A stretch of DNA of 64,000 bases from Octopus vulgaris (lineage: Eukaryota), in contig OX597828.1 of assembly GCA_951406725.2 (NCBI GenBank), positions 54,808,001 through 54,872,000 on the forward strand, in the 5' to 3' direction. The number at the start of each line of letters is the position of its first letter. Position 1 is the stretch's first letter. The notes below the pieces were generated by a model. It ran no database searches, was not told the origin of the DNA, and saw only the letters and a list, made by a program, of their open reading frames with translations. Below, piece after piece: positions 57,340 to 64,000 of the stretch. A program made the translations under genes and the position numbers.

Positions 57340-57592
57340 GCGGGGTGGGGCGAACCCTGCTATACTCTTTCACCACATCTTTCTCTCACTCTTTCTTCCT
57401 GTTTCTGCTGTACCTGTATTTCAAAGGGCCAGCCTTGCCACATTCCGTGTCACGCTGAATCTTCCTGAGAACTACATTAAGGGTACACATGTCTGTGGAT
57501 TGCTCAGCCACTTGCACGTTATTTTCACGAGCAGGCTGTTCCGCTGATCGGATCAACTGGAATCCTCGTCGTCTTAACCGACGGAGTGCCAC
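57340..57592 (+). mobile_element. 5'-truncated SINE family C with another distinct tail
   Basis: Body CCCTGCTATACTCTTTCACCACA.CTTTCTCTCACTCTTTCTTCCTGTTTC, then a unique tail ending CCGACGGAGTGCCAC. Confidence 0.85.
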
Positions 57593-58547
57593 GACGACGA
57601 CGAGTGTGGTGGCATTTGTAAGCAATGAAAGAACTTTTATACTAACGACCCATCTGATAGAATTAGCAAATCAATTTCTATTCAAACTACAACTTACCAG
57701 GTCTAAACAGAAAGGACACATCACAGGATGATGTAATCCCAGAATGTATGTTTTTTTTAAAAATAAGATACAATAGAAATATTTGGAACATTGCTCAAAA
57801 AATTTGCTTCATCATAGCTGACCTGGACACAATAAATCAATAAAAATGACCTCATGACGAAAATACGTTCAATGAAGTCTTTGAAATAGGCGAGGCAACT
57901 TATAAATAGGCAAAGAATTTTTCAAGCAGTACTCAATGCCTGGGAATATACCAAATGATTACAGATCTACAGAACAATTTTACATTAACAGTGGCCAATA
58001 TAAAAATTTTTGAAGTTTTCTCTGTATATTGAAAACGAGGACAAATCGGTAGTGGATCTAAGATCTCCTGGGTAACTCTGCAACATAACACATTCTGATG
58101 CTTATACTTTTGCGATTTAAGTGTAAGAGATAGTGATAAAATATAAACGGAAGTGCAGCTATGAAAGTTTCAAAATGTGGCGAACTATGACAAAAGGGGT
58201 ATCCATATCGTATTTCTGTCGAAGACATTCGGCATTTTTATAACGTTGAGTCAGAGAGAAAAAAAGCCCCTGAGATTATTTTTCATTTTTTTTTTTCTCT
58301 GTGCCTCCAGGACAGGGGGTAACAGGGAGTAGGTTATTCCGGAACCGAAAACATGACCAAAATGCTTGTAACAGAGTAAACTTTTTTAAAGGCACCCTAG
58401 GACCAGGCAGTGGAGTTAATCCGACCCGAAGATTAAGCCTGCTGTTTTAATTAGGCTTATCACCCAATATAATTACTCTGTGTAGATTGATGTTCTTATT
58501 AAAACAGTATACAATATCATATGTTAGTAATGTAGGTCGGTGAGACA

Positions 58548-58936
58548 TCTCTCTATATATAAAGCTGAAGTTGTCTGTGTATGGCAGGTTTGGTAGCCTT
58601 CAACTAACACCATCTCCTCCGAGACCCTGCGGCGCAAGTTGACCAAAATTGAGAGTATGATAGAAGAAGGCTTGCTCTACCTTCCGTTGAAGAAATCGGA
58701 CCATGTTAACACCAAAAATTATTTACATCAAAAAGGTGCTTTTTTTCTATGAAAATCCCTATTTTTTACGACTTTTTGACTACTGTGTCGCCATTTTTCG
58801 GTGTATTTCAATCAGAAAAATGTTCATTTAAAGAGAATAACAAGCTACATAATGCAAAATTTTTACTTTTCAAAAATTCCAATTCTAAAGGATCGAAAAG
58901 AAAACAAGCCCGAGCAATGCTGGGCTATACTGCTAG
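58548..58936 (+). mobile_element. Non-autonomous Helitron
   Basis: 5' TC(TCTCTATATATAAAG), subterminal hairpin GCCCGAGCAATGCTGGGC, 3' CTAG; inserted between A and T with no TSD. Confidence 0.85.
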
Positions 58937-59800
58937 TATAAATATATTACAGATGTTGAATAGTTTCATGATCAAGAAATATTGGTGAGACATTATCATC
59001 AAACCTTCTATCAAATGCAAACAACAAAACTGGTATCGTTGTCTGAGATACAAAACAAACCTCTCGTACAGTTGTGGCGGTCCTACCAAACGTCTATGAA
59101 CATTTCATTCGAAATACACGAGAAACAAAAGTATGAAAGTCTGTAACTTCATTACTCTGATAGTAAATTCATATTCTACCTTGTAACCATTGGCAAACAA
59201 AGCTTTATTACTAAATTTTCACGCAATAGATTTGATGTGTTTTAAGGCAAAGAATAAAATTGTATATGAAGTATTCTGAAAGTATAATCTATAGGCGAAA
59301 CAATGAATATATTCAGAAATTTTTTAAAGTTTTTTTTATAAAGTTGTCAGTGTCTAACTTCCAAATATGGAATTGCTTTATAGGATTGAGCCTCTTCTTT
59401 AGTAATATAAGTTCAAAGAATTATCAAAATTCAATAGAAACATGCATACATATATACATACAGCGTTAGGCCGATTGTTTCCACCTAGGTTCCGGCAATT
59501 AAAATGGGAACTGTGTTGAGAAAACTATTTATGTAGCATTTAAATCTTCGATTTATGAGGTCTTTTCATGTACAAGAATCCAATTTCTGTACTACAGATA
59601 AAACTATTTGTTACCCACTTTTTTTTTATATCTATGATATTTTTAATATATGAAGCATTTGTATCTGTAGAGAAGACATATTTGATCTATCGACCATTCT
59701 GTTACTAACTTGTTACTTTAATAGACGGCTTCCGATTCTAATTTCAAATTGAAATACTTTTGTGCGTGTGTGCGTGTATGTCTGTGTACATCTATGCATA

Positions 59801-59872
<72 letters not shown>

Positions 59873-60869
59873 ATGGTTTATACTGAAATTTAGTGGTGTC
59901 ATTAAAATGTCTGTATGACTGTGTGTTACCATGAATATAAATTAATTTTAATATTCCAGTTTTATAATAAATATTCTCTTAAAAATCATAAAAATTATAT
60001 GGCTCAAAGTTATAAAAACTTGAAAGATGTAAAAATTGGAGCTGACTAATCTATTTTGATAAATCGGCAGAATGTAAACAATTATTATTAGATAATTTTC
60101 AGAATATTTCGAGTCAACACAAAACATGCTGTGAATAGTAATGGTTGCCAAATCTCACCGATTCATGAGATTTTCTGCTTCAGATCTAATTTTTACCATT
60201 TCTTTACTTTTAGAATATCTTTTTTTTGGAAAATTTCTGTTTAATATTTTACATTTTGTTTCAAGATTTTATAACTTTGAATCGTATAATTTTGGTCATC
60301 GTTAAATTCGAAATTATAAAAATTAAACAATAGAATGAATTTACGCCTACAGTAACACATATCCGCGCACACGTACACATATACACTCATCCTCATACAC
60401 ACATACACGCGCATGCACGCATCAGAGCTGGTTTAAGATAGTTGTATCATATTTGAATATGGTAATTATGATATGGTTTTTCATGTCATAGAAATGGCCC
60501 GGACAATAAGTTAAAATTTCTTCATCCGAGAGAAGATTTTGTACAGTATGGTGGTCCTGTGTAAATTAAAATTCGTAGTTTGTGATATTTCAAAATGCAA
60601 TCGCTTTGAAGAATTTGGTTCTAAATTCACCAAATTTTCATAGCATCAATTTCACTCATTAGTCAATTAGTTAATGACTAAAACTGTTTACTCTAACTAT
60701 TAAAACGTCAAAAATATACTTAAATGGACCTACATATGGTCGCCCAACTTACTAGAAATTGAGAGGAAAATTTGCGTAGCCTGGACACGCACATTCACAT
60801 ATATATGCATGTATATGTATGTTTATACATACACACACTGACACACAGACACACACACACACAGATATA

Positions 60870-61088
60870 AAAGGGTAAAGACTCCCTTCGGTCATGAATG
60901 ACCATGGGATTGCACGGCACACAGCTTAGCACCAGGGACAACGCAACTCATTTTTATGGCTGCGTGAACTGGAGCAACGTGATAGAAAGTATGCTGCTCA
61001 AGAGCACAACACACAGCCCGGTCCGGGAATCGAACTCACAACTTCATGATTGTGAGCCCGACACCCTAACCACTGAGCTATGCCCCTT
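60870..61088 (-). mobile_element. tRNA-derived SINE (family E-like) with CTTTACCCTTT tail
   Basis: Minus strand TAGCTCAGTGG A-box and GAGTTCGATTCCC B-box. Confidence 0.8.
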
Positions 61089-61220
61089 CACACATACGCA
61101 CGTACACGCACGCGCACGCGCACGCACACACACAAACACACACGCAGAGACATCTCTCTCTCTCTCTGTCTCTCTCTCTGTCTCTCTGTCTCTCTGTCTC
61201 TCTGTCTCTCTCTCTATCTC

Positions 61221-61319
<99 letters not shown>

Positions 61320-61367
61320 TAGGAAGAAATGGAGCTGAACGAAGATTTAACAAAATTCCTTTTTATT

Positions 61368-61453
61368 ATTTTCTACATATGTTTCAAAGGCTGCAAAGTC
61401 CCTAATTCGGATTGAATAAGGAGTCCATTTTGCAGCCCTCTCTTCAGGAAAAT
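61368..61453 (-). ncRNA. Type I hammerhead ribozyme
   Basis: Minus strand: ATTTTC (helix I), CTGAAGA, GAGGGCTGCAAA...TTTGCAGCCTTT (helix II, 12 bp), GAAA, C ATAT G (helix III), TA cleavage, GAAAAT (helix I'). Confidence 0.8.
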
Positions 61454-61479
61454 TCAGGAACTTAATTCTCCAACAAAAT

Positions 61480-61720
<241 letters not shown>

Positions 61721-61905
61721 AGAGAAAAAAATCTATCAGAAAGGAACTCTATCTTTTGATAAGCATAACAAATGCGCAACCGGTAAAAAAAACTTTCACC
61801 TAATTAAATACACTCTCCCATACTTAAATTATTTTGTCAGCATTTTCTTCATTTCCTTTTTTTATATATCACAACTCGTGTTCCACATCTCCTGTTTTAA
61901 ATATA

Positions 61906-61978
<73 letters not shown>

Positions 61979-62084
61979 CTTTTTAAATATTTGAAGTCTT
62001 CCTCTGATTTTGTTGCTTGTTTCTAACAAAGATACAAAGCTCCATCGTTGGAATGCAGATAAGAACGATTTCACACTTTGAGCT

Positions 62085-63510
62085 TGAGAAAGAAGAGTCT
62101 TGCATACTTTTACTGTTGCGTTTACAAGCATTTCTAGATTGTCACTTAGACATTTATTTAAAAGCACCAACTATTAGTGATATTAATGTATAATCTGGTT
62201 ATAGAAGTTGGACGTTTCGAAAGAGCTGTCCATAATTCTCCTCTTTCTCTTTGATTTTTGAAGAAATATTCGTATCAGCAGGGCAGCTGACTTCTATGAC
62301 GGTTCACACTTTTTCTCTGACCCAAACAACAATACCCGGGCTGTTGTGTTTACACCTGACAGATGTATTGATGGAAACGTTCCCACCAGCATTCCTTGTG
62401 TTGATGTTTGTGTATGTATCCGACGAAAGAGGGATTCTCTTTATGACATCTTTTTTTTTTTTCGAATAACATTGGTGTTTCTGAGACATTGCGTATTGTT
62501 TCTAAGACAACGTTGTGTCGCACAGGGAGATAGTTTCTTGACGACATTTTGGGGCAGCTGCTAATCTCGTGTGATGTCTCCAACAGAAATATGATATTAT
62601 TGATATTTTCGGTTGCACCTTGGAGCTCTAAGGGCTTCACTGTTCTATGTTTTATTACGCATTTCGTGGCCATCTCCTATTCTTGGATTGCAAATACATA
62701 ACCTTCGTAGTGTGGTGTGACGTAGTGGTCACAAGTCCAAGAAAAGCTGCACTTTTGATAATTCTGTCTTCTTCAAGTCTTCAGGAAACATACCCATAGT
62801 CGTTTGTTCATATGTTGAATATTTCACATCCAGGTCTTCTTTGAGGTATGTTAGTCAGGTTGTTTTGGGGATGTATAGGTCATCACGAAGAGGGTGCTTC
62901 CCAAGAAGATCACTGTTGATACTTCAGTTTTTCTTTTTTTTTTTTTTTTGCTTTTCAGCATTATATTTTTGCTGCTATTGTTTACCAGATGCTTTATGAG
63001 AGAGACTATACGACATTCGAAGGCTGTTTGCGCTAATCTCAAGGCTCTGCCCTCATCATCTCTTCTTAGCTGGAGCCTCTCAATATCACAATTTCTATGA
63101 ACATTTCCTGTTCATGTCAGTATTTTGCAGATTTTAATGTCTATGGAATGAATTTCCTCTATAGACCAGTCAATTATAATTCTCGAATGTTGGTATCAGC
63201 ACGGGTACTGCAAATGCATTGTGGGATATTGTCTTGTTATGATAGCGAGGTTTTTCGTTCAGCATCCCGAGTTCATGCTTTAGAATACTTAGCTTTCTCT
63301 AAAGAAGTTTGGCATGAAGAGTCACCAAAGAGCTTTGCTACATTTTGCATAAGATGTAATTGATATGGTGTAATCTCATTATTTTCTTGACATTTTATTA
63401 TCGTGGCTAACTATCCAATATGTGTCTTCTTCCAGTTTTATTTTCAATCAAAGTTGCCTCCGTTTAGTAATTTCATTACCATGTATACTGCAGATTTCTA
63501 CTAGATGTTC
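62085..63510 (-). pseudogene. Decayed R4/Dong-clade LINE ORF (RT thumb, zinc-knuckle region, restriction-like endonuclease)
   Basis: Frameshifted motifs NKTISHNAFAVPVLIPTF, DIERLQLRRDDEGRAL, YEGYVFAIQE, THEISSCPKMSSRNYLPVRHNVV, KHNSPGIVVW, IEVSCPADTNI...EKEENYGQL and TVKVCKTLL. Confidence 0.85.
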
Positions 63511-64000
63511 TTTAAGTGTAATAGTAACTGTGTATATGAGGGCGTTGATATTCTAGTAATTAACATCACATAGTTCAATGTGTTCTCCAGCAATACCGTC
63601 GATAACTTTCAATATTAGCGCAGTTAGATTTTATCTTAATCTTGTTGAGTACGGCCTCTGGCTTAAAAGAGAAGTTTACAAAGAGCAGAAAAGACATTTT
63701 TTTTTTTACGTACTGTGCTTTGAAAATGTTCTTAATTTGAATGTATTCCACAGTCGTCTCTGTGGAATTGGATGTGGAAATATATGAGAGCTTAGTGATG
63801 ACGGCAGTGGTTTGCTTGCATCATCTTCGAATTATGTATGTATGTATGTGTGTATGTCAGTATGTTTTTTTGTCTTTTACTTGCCTCAGTCAGTTGAGCA
63901 CTGCCTTGAAAAATTGTAGATGTACGGATCGATCCAAGTACCTATTTCTTTTAAAACCTGACTACTAATTCTAACCGCACTTTTAGCCAAACCGCTAAGC

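Overview
AT-rich, microsatellite-saturated eukaryotic DNA, intronic or intergenic. The SINE families and simple-repeat density suggest an octopod cephalopod (inference from recalled repeat content, not a database result). No intact host gene is supported, and almost all ORF-track entries are translations of simple repeats. The window is a mosaic of: at least four tRNA-derived SINE families, several with clear target-site duplications; R4/Dong-type and RTE-type LINE remnants; a near full-length dead mariner; MITE-like elements (mariner, hAT, piggyBac, Tigger/pogo, Merlin-like) and a non-autonomous Helitron. The most interesting signal is a set of short cassettes embedded in (TA)n arrays. One contains a complete type I hammerhead ribozyme (61368-61453, minus strand), two contain partial or variant hammerhead motifs, and several fold back into long hairpins. 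This resembles non-autonomous Penelope-like or retrozyme-type elements. Also notable: one SINE body carrying five or six different 3' tails, local duplications at (TA)n arrays, and two weak minus-strand exon candidates. Repeat boundaries were read by eye and are approximate.
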